From Eledone cirrhosa (Eukaryota), in assembly GCA_964016885.1 (NCBI GenBank), contig CAXHJY010001612.1, forward strand, positions 1 to 64,000: DNA of 64,000 nt, given 5' to 3'. Below, one piece after another: positions 17,122-32,873 of the stretch (position 1 is its first letter; each line of letters begins with the position of its first letter). The position numbers were made by a program, and so were the translations under genes. The notes beneath the pieces were generated by a model. It was not told where the DNA came from. It saw nothing but the letters and a program-made list of their open reading frames with translations, and did no database searches.

Positions 17122-18808
17122 TACAATATATTAATAAATAGAAACTATATTTATAAAACCATAATTATTTTATTATATGTACTTCGAGGGCGACCAAGGT
17201 AAATTATGGTGCGCTTTCATCAGATAAAATACAGATTTGTTTTAGAAATAAATATTGACATACCCAGAAAAAAGACAACCTCAACGGTTCAAATTCGCTG
17301 GATAGTGGAGATACTTGAGGGTGATACAAATTTGTGAGTGAGTATGCAAATGAGTGTCGGAAAAATTGAAAAAAACCACGGTTTATTTAAATTAAACTGT
17401 TGGAAGAAGATAGATGTAATAGGGAGAGAGACAAATAGATGTAAAAAGGAGAGAGACAAAAAATTTATAGGGAGAGAGATAAAGAGAATACAGAGAGAAA
17501 AAGAGAGAGAGAGAAGAAAAAGAGAAAAGATATAATATTGAGAGAGAGAGAGTGAAGGAAAGAACAAATAATTGAGATGGAGAGAGAAAGAAAAAAGTAT
17601 TGTGCGGGAGAGAGAAAAGAATGTTGAAAAAATATTGGTAAAAGAGGGAGAAAGATTAGTGAGAGGGAGGGAGAAGAAATAGAAAGAGAAAGATGGGCGA
17701 GGTGAGAGAAGAAATAAATTTATATAGATGAGTATTGAGAATGTAAACATATTATTCGTTATGTTGTGTTTATATTACTTATAAAGGTAAAGTTAAAAAA
17801 TTAAGTTAAATTATTGATAAGAAAACTTTACAAAAGAGTATTGTTATAATTCAGTTTAAAATTTAACCAGAAATTTAATTAAAATTTAATTCGAATTTAA
17901 TTAAAATTTAAATAATTACAATAATATATATTACAAAAAGAAGTATTTAAAATTTATTAAGATGTATTATTACTATATAGGTTTAGATGGGTATTTTATG
18001 TTATAGGTTATAAATTATTTGAATGTATAATATTTTGCATTGGAAAAAAACCAGCTATAGTTTAATTGATCAAAGTAAGTTTGGCAAAATTATATTTAGC
18101 CAGAGTTTATTAATAGTTGTAAGTCAAATCTTAAACATGAAATATTTATGAAGATTTACGAGAGTTTAGAAAGGGAAAATTATTTAATTAGGAGTATATA
18201 TTAAAACAGTTTACAGTTTCGACTATAAATTAAGACTATAAAGATTGAGATAATAAAAACAATAAGTTTAAAGGAAGTTTAAAGGAAGTTAAAAAGGTAT
18301 TTTTTTTTATAACCCAAATGATTCAAGGATAGATAAAAATCACTACGAAAGTTATGAGAAGTTATAAAAATTCATCTTAAAATATAATTAAGATATGATT
18401 AAAATATAAGACATACTTATTGCACATATATATAAAAATAATATAAATGATTGGATATATATGAAAATACATAAGTATTTAAAATAGTTGGATATATAAG
18501 AAAATACATGGGTATTAAAAATAGTTGGATATATAAGAAAATACATAAGTATTAATCATGTTTAAAATATGTAGGGGTAATGGAAATTCATATCTTTCAA
18601 AAGAACGTTTCAGAAATTTAATCATAAGTTTTACAAAAATTTCCAGGAGGTGTTTGAAATATATATAATAAAATAATTATGGTTTTATAAATATAGTTTC
18701 CATTTATTAATATATTGTATATTTACTCCACTAACTGTTGAGTGCTTTATATCAGTTATAACATTTTTTAAGCTTGTTGAATCCCAACAAATTAAAAATA
18801 ACCTCTGC
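17122..18808. mobile_element. Sister Hydra-like PLE 3' UTR: long minus arm (17122-about 18650, HHR 17166-17231 with GAAG) plus short plus arm with tail (18654-18808)
   Basis: Similarity to 6030-6263 and 16560-16791. tattttat-CTGATGA..GAAG-tacata-TA-ataaaata on minus. Confidence 0.7.
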
Positions 18809-18839
<31 letters not shown>

Positions 18840-18852
18840 AATATATATATAT

Positions 18853-19095
18853 TTCGTTTCTGAATTTGTTTAGCAAGATTCTTTATCTGAAAACGTGTGT
18901 TGAAACCGATATTGTTATACTTTGGGAGGGTCATGTTGCCAATAAGAAACACACGCACCAGTTGCGTTCACTTCAATTTAGTATAATAAATTTATAAATT
19001 TAGGAATTAATAAATTTATTATAATAAATTGAAGTGAAAGTAACTGGTGTGTGTGTTTCTTATTGGCAACATGACCCTCCCAAAGTATTACCATA
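18853..19095. mobile_element. Fold-back of a PLE 3' end related to the 51070-55111 family; solo fragment at 38008-38062
   Basis: About 18909-19000 is inverted against about 19004-19095. Shares tattgttata..tgggagggtcat with that family. Confidence 0.7.
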
Positions 19096-20169
19096 TATAT
19101 TCTACATTTCAAGAAAGGACAAGACAAATACAGAGAAGCAAAGAGTCAAAGTCTTATTAATTTGGTGTGTGTGTATGTGTGTGTATGAAGATATCAACAT
19201 TCCCTCATATATGTACATAGTTATCGATATATTTGCGCATTTTCATTTCTTCACCAACTATGTCCGAAAGATAAATACTACAACAACCATCCAAAACAAA
19301 CAAGATTACAACAGCCCAAGAAATAGCTGTAAACTAAACATATGTAATTACATATTTACATGTCTGTGCAATAAATACTATCTTCGAGAAAGGCTGACAT
19401 TAAGTGATTTTTCGAAATGTACGCCTCGTGTAAAAGTATCAGAAATAATTCCTAAATGTTTGCCTTTACACACGCACGCAGACACAGACACACAAACACG
19501 CAGACACACCATATATATATGTGTGTGTGTGTACGTATATATATATATATATATACAAATATAAATTACCGAGAATCGTATTTCGGCTATTGGAAATTAG
19601 CGAAAAACAACTTTCGAGATGTGTGGCAAGCGCTCAATAGATTCTAACGAACCAGAGCTACAACATACGTTAAAGGCCAAACACACTGAGACGATGGTTA
19701 AACCATTATCCGTACAGTCATAGAAACGACCAAGTAATTCGGGCCAAACAAATAAAAAAAAATGATTGAAAAATTTACCCGGACCCCTGGATGGTTGGTG
19801 AAAATCCACCATTTGGGTTTCTGTGACTCCTAAATCAAGTACTGTCCGCTTAGACAAATAATGTTAAGCTTTTGGTAAGATGATTGAACAAGTAAGTCAC
19901 TTTCTCAACAGGCTTTAGTTCAAGTGCCAGGCCAAGAATTGACCGTTACCAATACCCATGTGGGGCTCGACAAGGGAGGTAACCCTTATTTTTGGCGGAT
20001 GAATTCAGTATGTATATTATTGCAAAATTGCAAAATATCACAAAACGAATTAAGTTCTCAACAGTATGGTTTTAAAGTTAACAAAAGCTATTCATCAGTC
20101 AATAGAATCAACTAAAAAAATAAATCAAGAAAATTAACTGGTCAATACCTAGACTCTGGAGATTAATAC

Positions 20170-20233
<64 letters not shown>

Positions 20234-20241
20234 ACATACAC

Positions 20242-20288
<47 letters not shown>

Positions 20289-20341
20289 CATACATACACA
20301 TACATATCCATACATACATATATATATACATACATATACAT

Positions 20342-20370
<29 letters not shown>

Positions 20371-20372
<2 letters not shown>

Positions 20373-20990
20373 GGTGGCTGCGAACTCGTTTTCGAGTACG
20401 GCCACTACTTTATATCCATGTAGGAGAACCCCTACCGATGCGCTGAACGAGTGTGACTTTTTAGTCCAGCCAGCGACTTGAAAACTCTGGTACAAACACT
20501 GCACTTGTGACAATTATTGACGCATAGTGCTGAGCCCATGGTACCATGTGACGACAAGTGCATAGAGATCTCCAGATATAAAGCAATGCCTGTGCCGTGA
20601 AGCTTTTATAGTGAGCAAAGGCACTGCACAAAGCCAGTCACACTCTCTTAACCAAGATGATATTTACCAAAAAGAAGAACACGTCACCATCATTGGATAC
20701 CATCAGGGTTGCAGGTGTTATATCAGAGTTTTCCTTCTCCTAGAATTCTGCCTTGACAAAGGCTAAGGGGTCGGGTCATCTCTCCCGGTGATTTTGGATG
20801 GCCATTGACTCTCAAGAGCTCCTTTGCCCTTTGACAGGTTTTGTTTTTAGTCCCGCAGGATGTCCAAAGTCACCCCCGTCACCAAGAAACCTTGGTGGGG
20901 TTGCCAGTTTAGTCGCCAACGACCCGACCATGAGACAGGTTGTACTGGGATACATGTTACCAGTAGCACCAACTGGTGACCTGACAGGTA
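20371..20990 (-). mobile_element. Non-autonomous RTE-related retroposon (RTE 5'-UTR motif plus RTE 3' tail)
   Basis: Minus strand has TCTAGGAGAAGGAAAACTCTGAT and ends tggccgtactcgaaaacgagttcgcagccacc. Second copy at 44463-44984. Confidence 0.75.
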
Positions 20991-21080
20991 TGTATATATA
21001 CATGTATGTATATATACATACATACATATATATCCCTTCCATATACTGTACCGATTGTGTTGTTATTTCTGTTTACATAC

Positions 21081-21132
<52 letters not shown>

Positions 21133-21165
21133 CGTAGATACATATATATATATATGCAGAAATAG

Positions 21166-21221
<56 letters not shown>

Positions 21222-21223
21222 CT

Positions 21224-21272
<49 letters not shown>

Positions 21273-21904
21273 CTTTACATATATATATAGATATGTATAC
21301 ACATATATACATACACATATCTAATACATTATTAGTATGCATTCTGCTCTGTACCATACGCAACCATATTTGGACATTTCATATATCTTGTAATATTTCC
21401 TACCGGAACTATTACCAAGCTACCGAAACACCCCTCTACAGTGGGCGAAACTGCATTTACTCAATGTTTTCAATTCATGCGCAAAGCGACAAACCAAAAT
21501 CTTCATCCACCAAACATTGGTATAAGATTCGGGTTTGTGGGTTCCCCACCTCTCCATCTCGTCCACCATTATAATATCCTTTTAACATCATTGTAACCTT
21601 ATTCTCTCATTTTTCCTTCTATTTTTCTTTAACACACTTTCTTTCCTTCTTTCGTCCGTTCTGTCTTCCATCCGTTTTTTCCTTCTCTCCCTGTTTTTCT
21701 CCTTTCATGAATAAATATATATATATATATATATCAATATATATATACATGCATACACACACAAAAAATATCAATATATATATACATGCATACACACACA
21801 AAAAAACAACAACATATATATATATATGTATATAAATATATATATATATATATATATACATCTATATAAATCTATATATATATAAATCTATTAAATCTAT
21901 ATAA

Positions 21905-21961
<57 letters not shown>

Positions 21962-22038
21962 AATACACACACAAACACACACTAATATATATATATATAA
22001 ATATATATATATATAGCTTGGAGTTACTGTAGGTTCAA

Positions 22039-22073
<35 letters not shown>

Positions 22074-22499
22074 AATATATAAATATATTACTCTCCATCA
22101 CTGTACTTTAAAGCAATCGGTCGTTTCATTCCATTTCGTCCTTTTTCCTTAGCGTTCATTATTTGCTCGCCAAGCCATCCCGCCATTGATGTACACGATA
22201 GAAGGTGCCGAGGAAGGAGGAGTGCAACGCAAAAATGAGTAGCAGTAGTAGTAGTAGTAGTAGTAGGAGCGGGTAAAGTAAAAATGGCTGCTTCTTGCAA
22301 GGTTACATCTAATGTGTAGAATTAGGCACGTATATCGAGTAAATACATCTAGGTTATTCACTAAAACCAGCAGACTGTAAAGCGAATCGAACATGTATAA
22401 TTTTACAAGCTTAAGTGAGCTTTCATATTCACCACTTCATGACTATATGAGAAGGCGGTATGGATGTGTATAGTATTCAATAATAATATATATACATAC

Positions 22500-22557
<58 letters not shown>

Positions 22558-22950
22558 ACATATATATACATATGTATATCTATCTATCCATCTATCTATA
22601 TATCTATGTATATATATATATATACACATATATATATGTATATATATATATCAATATATATCTATCTCTCTCTCTCTCTATATATATATATATGTATATG
22701 TATATATATATGTATATCTATCTATCTATCTATGTATATATATATATACTAATATATATATATATGTATATATATATATCTATATATCTATATCTATATA
22801 TATATGTATATGTATATATATATCTATATATATATGTATATGTATATATATCTATCTATCTATATCTATATATATCTATCTATCTATATCTATATATATA
22901 TGTATATGTATATATATATCTATATGTATATGTATATATATCTATCTATC

Positions 22951-22988
<38 letters not shown>

Positions 22989-23224
22989 TATCTATACTAT
23001 ATATATATATATCTATCTATCTATGTATAAATACATATATAAATATATCTATACTATATATATATATATCTATATATATGTATATATATCTATCTATCTA
23101 TGTATATATACATATATATATCTATATATCTATATATATGTATATATATGTATATATATGTATATATATCTATCTATCTATGTATATATAAATATATATA
23201 TATATATATATACATATATCTATA

Positions 23225-23258
<34 letters not shown>

Positions 23259-23261
<3 letters not shown>

Positions 23262-23976
23262 GCGATGAATTAGTTTTGCGAGGTTTTTTATATGAAATCG
23301 TGTGTCGAAATAAATATTGTTATACTTGGGGAGGGTCATATTTGTGTAATATTGCCAGAATTAATAACAGAACACACTCACTGTTTGGTTGGTTTTCGCT
23401 TCTCGCTCTCTTTTATATCGGTAATCTAACTTACTCGGTCCTCAATGTTGCCATTGACTGACCGACGGTCAAAAATAATACAGATACAATATAGACACAA
23501 ACACATATATATAGTTTATCATAAATCTTTCGTTGCACATCTGCAACATCGTCAGTGGTGTTATATTTTCTTCCTGTTGTGTTGTATGTCTACGCCATTT
23601 TTATTCAGTCTGTCTATATATTTATTTATTTATTTGCTTGTTTGTTTATTTTATTTTGTCTTCTTTGAGCATGCGTTTGCGTGTGTGTATAGTGTTTTGT
23701 TTGCTGTGTGGTGGGTGACTAGTGTGTGTTTATGTGCTTGTTGTTATTGTGCTTGTGTATGTATTTATTTATTTATTTTATTTTATTTACTTATTTATAC
23801 TTCTCTTAGGTCAGTGTTGTTTGTTTGGGTGTTGTTGTTATTCCATTCATTCTTTCTGTTTAGCCTTGGTCTTCTAATTTCTATTTCACTGGCCTCTCTG
23901 ATTTGCCTATCTGCTGGGTCATTTCTATGTTTAGATATTATTCTAATTTCTATGTTGTCTATGTTACCGTCATGTT
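23259..23976 (-). mobile_element. 5'-truncated copy of the RT/GIY-YIG PLE family (last about 60 codons plus pLTR)
   Basis: High identity to 51070-51783 plus the tail of 55055-55111. Confidence 0.85.
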
Positions 23977-24872
23977 GATAAGAAAATTAACTTACTAAAA
24001 TTCTCACTCCAACTAATTAGTTTCTGTAATGGGATAAATATAGTTACGCAATGTAACCATCGAGAATTCATTACGTCATCAGGGAGTCTATTCTCAGCTA
24101 AGTTCCCAGGCAATGCGCGGACACTAGGGACTCATATAAATATAATAATTCTGTGGATGGAATAGCTAGCGAAAATATTAGTAAGTTAATTTTTAATTTT
24201 TAAAATTTTCTTATTTTACGTCTTTCATATAATTGTTCTGCATCCCCCTGAATAGAACCACATAGGTACTATGACATAACTTATATATTTGCTAGCATTA
24301 GTGTACATCTGTACGCATATGTTGGTAGATGTACTAATTCTCTATATTTATCTCCAAATTATTTATTTGTTGAGCAAACTTGCCAAATCCACTGCTAATT
24401 CATAGTAGTGGTAGTAGGCTCTTGTCATAATACCACCCCACTCCTACTGACTAACCTCAGTGTCACGTGATTGATTCTTTAGAATCTGCCACTTGACCAG
24501 AGGCAGTGAACTTTTTCAGTGCTATGGAATTTAGTCCTCGCTAGCTATTCCATCCACTGAATTATTAATTTTATATGAGTCCCTAGTGTCCGCGCATTGC
24601 CTGGTAACTTAGCTGAGAATAGACTCCCTGATGACGTAATGAATTCTCGATAGTTACATTGCGTAACTATATTTATCCCATTACAGAAACTAATTAGTTG
24701 GAGTGAAAATTTTAGTAAGTTAATTTTTAATTTTTAAAATTTTCTTATTTTACGTCTTTCATATAATTGTTCTGCATCCCCCTGCATAGAACCACCTAGG
24801 TACTATGACATAACTTATATATTTGCTAGCATTAGTGTACAACTGTACGCATATGTTGGTAGATATACTAAT
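23977..24872. mobile_element. Retrozyme-like non-coding element: inverted arm 23977-24172 plus partial tandem, monomer about 535 bp
   Basis: 24173-24340 recurs from about 24707. HHRs at 24006-24087 (-) and 24623-24704 (+). Confidence 0.8.
24623..24704 (+). ncRNA. Type I hammerhead ribozyme
   Basis: actcc-CTGATGA-c-gtaatg..cattac-a-GAAA-ctaattag-TT-ggagt. Confidence 0.85.
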
Positions 24873-24879
24873 TCTCTCT

Positions 24880-26693
<1,814 letters not shown>

Positions 26694-26694
<1 letters not shown>

Positions 26695-27229
26695 AAATAT
26701 TAAACAAATAATGAATAAACAATTCCTTATATTAAACAAAAAAAGTTCATTATTTAACGATCGTTTCTAGGATATATATGTGTTAGAATTGGTATGCATA
26801 TTCAACAGATCTATGTACAAAATTATACAAAATTATACAAATTATCAAGATTAAATATACATACCAACACATATATACGCCGTCTTCAGAAATAATGGAT
26901 TATTTCTGAAGACGGCGTATATATGTGTTGGTATGTATATTTAATCTTGATAATTTATATAATTTTGTATAATTTTGTACATAGATCTGTTGAATATGCA
27001 TACCAATTCTAACACATATATATCCTAGAAACGATCGTTAAATAATGAACTTTTTTTGTTTAATATAAGGAATTGTTTATTCATTATTTGTTTAATATTT
27101 TATCTTGACTCTGTATACCGTTTATCTTTCACCGAAAGTGATTTTTCATTACATCTCTTCTTTCCATGATATCCGGAATACATTGAGTTCTTCATACGGA
27201 TTGGACACTACCGTAAACTCTTGGTAGAT
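26694..27229. mobile_element. Near-perfect fold-back HHR element (arms about 26694-26896 and 26899-27102, tail to 27229)
   Basis: Inverted repeat with a 2-nt centre (gg). Confidence 0.85.
26899..27046 (+). ncRNA. Type I hammerhead with very long helix II (mirror copy 26749-26896 on minus)
   Basis: attattt-CTGAAGA-about 115-nt helix II-GAAA-cgatcg-TT-aaataat. Confidence 0.8.
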
Positions 27230-27241
27230 TTATCTACATAT

Positions 27242-27272
<31 letters not shown>

Positions 27273-27316
27273 AATATATATATATATAAATATAAATATA
27301 TATATATATAAATATA

Positions 27317-27370
<54 letters not shown>

Positions 27371-27403
27371 AATATATAAATATATATATATAAATATATA
27401 TAA

Positions 27404-27456
<53 letters not shown>

Positions 27457-27457
27457 A

Positions 27458-27488
<31 letters not shown>

Positions 27489-27578
27489 AATATATATATA
27501 AATATATATATATAAATATATATAAATAAATATATATATATATATATAGTTATGTAATAAACAACATAAGGCAATTAT

Positions 27579-27636
27579 TCCATTTACCAGTGGTTTCTTA
27601 AAAGCAAAAAATGTTTCTTTCAATCATCAGAATGAA
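27579..27636 (-). ncRNA. Type I hammerhead ribozyme at the 3' end of a microsatellite-rich element (about 27549-28816)
   Basis: ttcatt-CTGATGA-ttgaaag..cttttaa-GAAA-ccactgg-TA-aatgga. Confidence 0.8.
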
Positions 27637-27793
27637 AAAATCCTGGTCTATTTGTTGATATTGGATTCTAAAAACAAAAATGCAATCTATATGAAAGTGA
27701 GGCTGGAGAAGGAAGAAGGAAAGGAAAAATAAAATAAAAAAATAAAAACACATGCAAACACACACACACACACACACACACTATTATATACAT

Positions 27794-27824
<31 letters not shown>

Positions 27825-28504
27825 CATACACTCATACATACACACACACATATACACATATATATGTGTGTATATATATACACATACATACATACACACA
27901 TAAGTATCAACATATCCATACATACACATACATATATACAACCACACACATATATACACACATATATATATAGAAATATAAATATATATATATATATGCG
28001 TACACATACACAGCCATACACACATACATATACATACATACATACATACATACATACATACACACATACATACACACAATCATACCTATATACACGCGTA
28101 CATACATACACATCCATAAACGTATACATATGCATGCACAAAATTAGAAAAATATACACACACCTTTACATATTCATACACGCAAATAAATATAAGAAAA
28201 AATATATATAAAAAATAATAAACGAAAATAAAACCTGTTATAAGTTGACACCGATACAGGCAACAAATAAATGAACAAACACACGTGGTAAGCAATACAC
28301 ACAAATGCACGTACACATACATACGTAAAAATAAATACATACACACATTCTCACACATAAATATACATATACAAATACATAAACACATACATACGCATAT
28401 ACAAATACATACACACACACACACACATATATATATATACACATATACACACAAATATACATACACACATATATATATATATACATATATATATATTTAT
28501 ATAC

Positions 28505-28537
<33 letters not shown>

Positions 28538-28607
28538 TACATACATAGCCATACAATTATACACATACAAATACGTACATATCACAAACACGCACAACCA
28601 AATACAA

Positions 28608-28641
<34 letters not shown>

Positions 28642-28843
28642 GTGTTTAAAACTCATTCTTAGATAATTTATATGAACCTTATTTAATTCTAATATATATA
28701 TATACACATACACATACATACTTACTAACATACACATATATACCTACACACATATATACATACACATACGTATGCATACGTACACACACACACACATACA
28801 TATACATATATAACTCTCTCTCTCTCTCTATATATATATATAT

Positions 28844-29275
28844 TAGAAAGTGAGGTTTTTTTTACAAAATGAAAAAATAACCGAGGTGTCCTACACGAGT
28901 GAAAGTATAAAGAAACAGAGATGAAATCGAAAATGCAACTGGAGTCTTATTTTTTGTAAAAATATATATATTTATTTGGTTCCTTTACCGGTTTCGCAGT
29001 TCTTCTGCTTTTCAAAAGGTGAGTTGAGATGGAGGGTCTATGGTTTTTCTCACATCTCTTGTCAAAGAATTCCTCTGTGAGACGTAATTTTCTACAGATG
29101 TGAGAAAAACCATAGACCCTCCATCTCAACTCACCTTTTGAAAAGCAGAAGAACTGCGAAACCGGTAAAGAAAGCAAATAAATATATATATTTAAAAAAA
29201 AAATAAGACTCCAGTTGCATTTTCGATTTCATCTCTTTTTCTTTATACTTTCACTCGTGTAACGTAATTTTCTTC
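28844..29275. mobile_element. Head-to-head HHR element (arms 28892-29057 and 29096-29261; HHRs 28982-29019 minus and 29134-29171 plus, UUGAAAA core)
   Basis: cctt-TTGAAAA-gcag aagaa ctgc-GAAA-ccgg-TA-aag(g). Confidence 0.75.
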
Positions 29276-29276
29276 A

Positions 29277-29998
29277 GAGGAAGAAGCCTGACCCTACGGC
29301 AGAGCTCAAGCCTTTTCTGAGGCTATTATATAAAAACACACAAAACCATTATATAAAAAAGTGAGCGATATGTCGGCATGACCCAGGACAGGTTTAAAAC
29401 CAGGTTTTACTCACATGTCACTTCTTTTAAGCACTCCGATAAACGAACAACAACGGCCCTCGTAAGTAAGTGTGTGGGAATTCAAGGATAAATACATCCC
29501 GTACTCTATCGATTGGTCTATTTTAGACCATTCGAGGGTGTACCAAAGGGGCACAAATAATTGTTCTTTGTGTACCACAGAAAAATATAGAATTTTGCTA
29601 AACTTGAAAGCCACTTCTGCTTGCCTGAACTCAAAGACCGAGATCTTCAGATGTTGTCCTCATCTGAAATCACATCTGATCTGTAACTGGATTGACATTC
29701 CTATGATAACTCAACCGCCTTGAACTCCTTTTCTGCTCTTTACTTCTATTACGGTTTTTTACCAGCTGAATCCACGTTCTGTACTCCTGTATTCTCTTTC
29801 TCCCTTATCTCCCCTTATATTTAAACCTTTTCCTATGTCATTTCCCCCACCCTCCTTTTCCCCCCTATTTTTTTGCCTTACCTTTCACATACAAACATTT
29901 TTTTTTAGATATTAATTTTTTATATAATGGTTTTGTGTGTTTTTATATAATAGCCTCAGAAAAGGCTTCAGCTCTACCGTAGGGTCAGGCTTCTTCCT
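29277..29998 (+). mobile_element. 5'-truncated Hydra-like PLE with inverted termini (29277-29360 vs 29915-29998)
   Basis: Inverted repeat enclosing a GIY-YIG remnant. Termini carry the 3' half of an HHR similar to 8847-8880. Confidence 0.8.
29363..29723 (+). pseudogene. GIY-YIG endonuclease C-terminal remnant (frameshift at about 29471)
   Basis: ERYVGMTQDRFKTRFYSHVTSF..TAL / VWEFKD..IDWSIL..CSLCTTEKYRI..LNSKTEIFRCCPH. Confidence 0.85.
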
Positions 29999-30102
29999 AT
30001 GTGTGTATATATATATATATATGTATATATACGTTTTTGTATGTGTGTTTGTATTTTTGTGGTTGGGTTTTTTTTTTGTGTGTGTGTGTATGTATATAAT
30101 TT

Positions 30103-30154
<52 letters not shown>

Positions 30155-30362
30155 TAATTGTATTAGGGTGTATGTATGTGCATCATTATATATAGTGATT
30201 TGATGAATATTTTCATTGATCTTTTGCTCCATGAACTTGTTGAGTGCTCTAGGTCTGCTATGGGCATTTATACCCTTTTCTAAATATATATATATATATT
30301 TTTATTTATTACTTGTCAAATTTTTATATATAAAATATTTATTTTATATTATTTTTGTTCTT

Positions 30363-30392
<30 letters not shown>

Positions 30393-30393
<1 letters not shown>

Positions 30394-31470
30394 GATAATT
30401 TAATATATCAACTAACATAAGCGCACAGATGCACGCCCATGCCAGCAAATACACAGGTTATGTCATAGTACCTAGGTGGTTCAATGCAGGAGAATGCAGA
30501 ACAATAATATAAAGGACGTAAAATAAGAATTGTTAGTAGGCGTCAGTCATCTTACCATCCCATTCCTTCTAACTAGCCTCTGTGTCACGTGATTGATTCT
30601 TTAGAATCGGCCATTTGACTTGAAGCAGTGAGAATTTCGGTACATAGAATCCAGTCCTCGCAAGCTGTTCGATCTACCGAATTATTATTATTTTTATATG
30701 AGCCGCCAGTGTCCGCGCATTGCCTGGAGACTTAACTGAGAATAGACTCCCTGATGACGAAATGAATTCTCGACAGTTGGATTACGTAACTGTCTTTATC
30801 CCATTGCAGAAACTAATTAGTTGGAGTGAAAATTTAAGTAAGAAAAAAAAAAATTTTTTTTTTTTTTTTTAATTTTTAAAAAAAAATATTTTCTTATTTT
30901 ACGTCCTTTATATTATTGTTCTGCATTCTCCTGCATTGAACCACCTAGGTACTATGACATAACCTGTGTATTTGCTGGCATGGGCGTGCATCTGTGCGCT
31001 TATGTTAGTTGATATATTAAATTATCTATATTTATCTCCAAATCACTGATTTGTCGAGCAAACTTGTCAAAACCACTTCTAAAAAAATTTTTTTTGGGGT
31101 GTTAGTAGGCGTCAGTCATCTTACCATCCCATTCCTTCTAACTAGCCTCTGTGTCACGTGATTGATTCTTTAGAATCGGCCATTTGACTTGAAGCAGTGA
31201 GAATTTCGGTACATAGAATCCAGTCCTCGCAAGCTGTTCCTTCTACCGAATTATTATTATTTTTATATGAGCCGCCAGTGTCCGCGCATTGCCTGGAGAC
31301 TTAACTGAGAATAGACTCCCTGATGACGCAATGAATTCTCGACAGTTGGATTACGTAACTGTCTTTATCCCATTGCAGAAACTAATTAGTTGGAGTGAAA
31401 ATTTAAGTAAGAAAAAAAAAAATTTTTTTTTTAATTTTTAAAAAAAAATATTTTCTTATTTTACGTCCTT
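30393..31470. mobile_element. Retrozyme-like element, subfamily of 23977-24872: inverted arm 30393-30529 plus tandem with 569-bp period; HHRs 30746-30827 and 31315-31396 (+)
   Basis: Direct repeat starting at 30531 and 31100, with the same HHR helices as 24623. Confidence 0.85.
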
Positions 31471-31504
31471 TATATATATATATATATTGAGTTATATATG
31501 TATA

Positions 31505-31564
<60 letters not shown>

Positions 31565-31646
31565 TATGCATACGTATGTGTATGTATATATGTGTGTGTA
31601 GGTATATATGTGTATGTTAGTAAGTATGTATGGGTATGTATGTGTA

Positions 31647-31701
<55 letters not shown>

Positions 31702-31706
<5 letters not shown>

Positions 31707-32063
31707 TTTTGCGAGGTTTTTTTATATGAAATCATGTGTCGAAACAAATATTGTGATACTTGGAGAGGGTCATATTTGTGTAATATTGCCAGAATTAATA
31801 ACAGAACACACTCACTGTTTGGTTGGTTTTCGCTTTTCGCTTCTGTGTCTTTTATATCGGTAATCTAATATAATATAATATTATATACTCGGTCCTCAAT
31901 GTTGCCATTCACTGACCGACGGTCAAAAATAATACAGATACAATATAGACACACACATATATATAGTTTATCATAAATCTTTCGTTGCGCATCTGCAACA
32001 TCGTCAGTGGTTCTATTGTTTCCTCCTGTTGAATTGTATGGCTACGCCATTTTTATTCAGTCT
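31702..32063 (-). mobile_element. pLTR fragment of the RT/GIY-YIG PLE family
   Basis: Similar to 23270-23612. Confidence 0.8.
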
Positions 32064-32117
32064 GGAACCACATTCAATAGAGTAATTGAGTAATCAATGA
32101 ACCATATTAATCTTTGG

Positions 32118-32183
<66 letters not shown>

Positions 32184-32186
<3 letters not shown>

Positions 32187-32816
32187 AGAGTATTGAAGTT
32201 TGCTTGAAGCATTGTGGAACAATAAGTAAATATTTATAAGTCGTTTGGAAGCCTCGACAATGCAAATGGGTAAATCTCGGGGTAACAAGGTCCGGTGGTG
32301 GAGAGAGAGATATGTAAGAGGGTGTACGTTGAGATGCGTGGTGTGTATAAGATGTGTGAGATGTGTAGAATGAAGGGAAGAGTAAAAGAATAAAAATAAT
32401 AATAACAACACAAGAGAGAGAGTTACCTTGGGAGAGATTTAATAGTCCCTATATATTTCGGATTCACATCCATCAACTGGGGTTTTTTCCGGGGTGGGGG
32501 AAAAGGTTGTCTGTCGGACAACTCGGAACGCGTCTTTCGCTGTCTGTCTTTCGCTGTCTGTTGAAAAAAACCCAGTTGATGGATGTGAATCCGAAATATA
32601 TAGGGACTATTAAATCTCTCCCAAGGTAACTCTCTCTCTTGTGTTGTTATTATTATTTTTATTCTTTTACTCTTCCCTTCATTCTACACACTTATACACA
32701 CCACGCATCTCAACGTACACCTACTTACATATCTCTCTCTCCACCACCGGACCTTGTTACCCGGAGATTTACCCATTTGCATTGTCGAGGCTTCCAAACG
32801 ACTTTTAAATATTTAC
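32184..32816. mobile_element. Head-to-head element (arms 32226-32489 and 32563-32816) with atypical HHR-like motif (32447-32482 minus, 32571-32605 plus)
   Basis: About 250-bp inverted repeat. cc-CAGTTGA-tggat gtga atcc-GAAA-tata-TA-ggg. Confidence 0.7.

Positions 32817-32873
<57 letters not shown>

Noticed and set aside
20800-20990. HDV-like ribozyme at the 5' end of the RTE-related retroposon
   Set aside because: A P1-like pairing is visible, but I could not complete the P1.1/P2/P3 pseudoknot by eye. Left as a suggested test.
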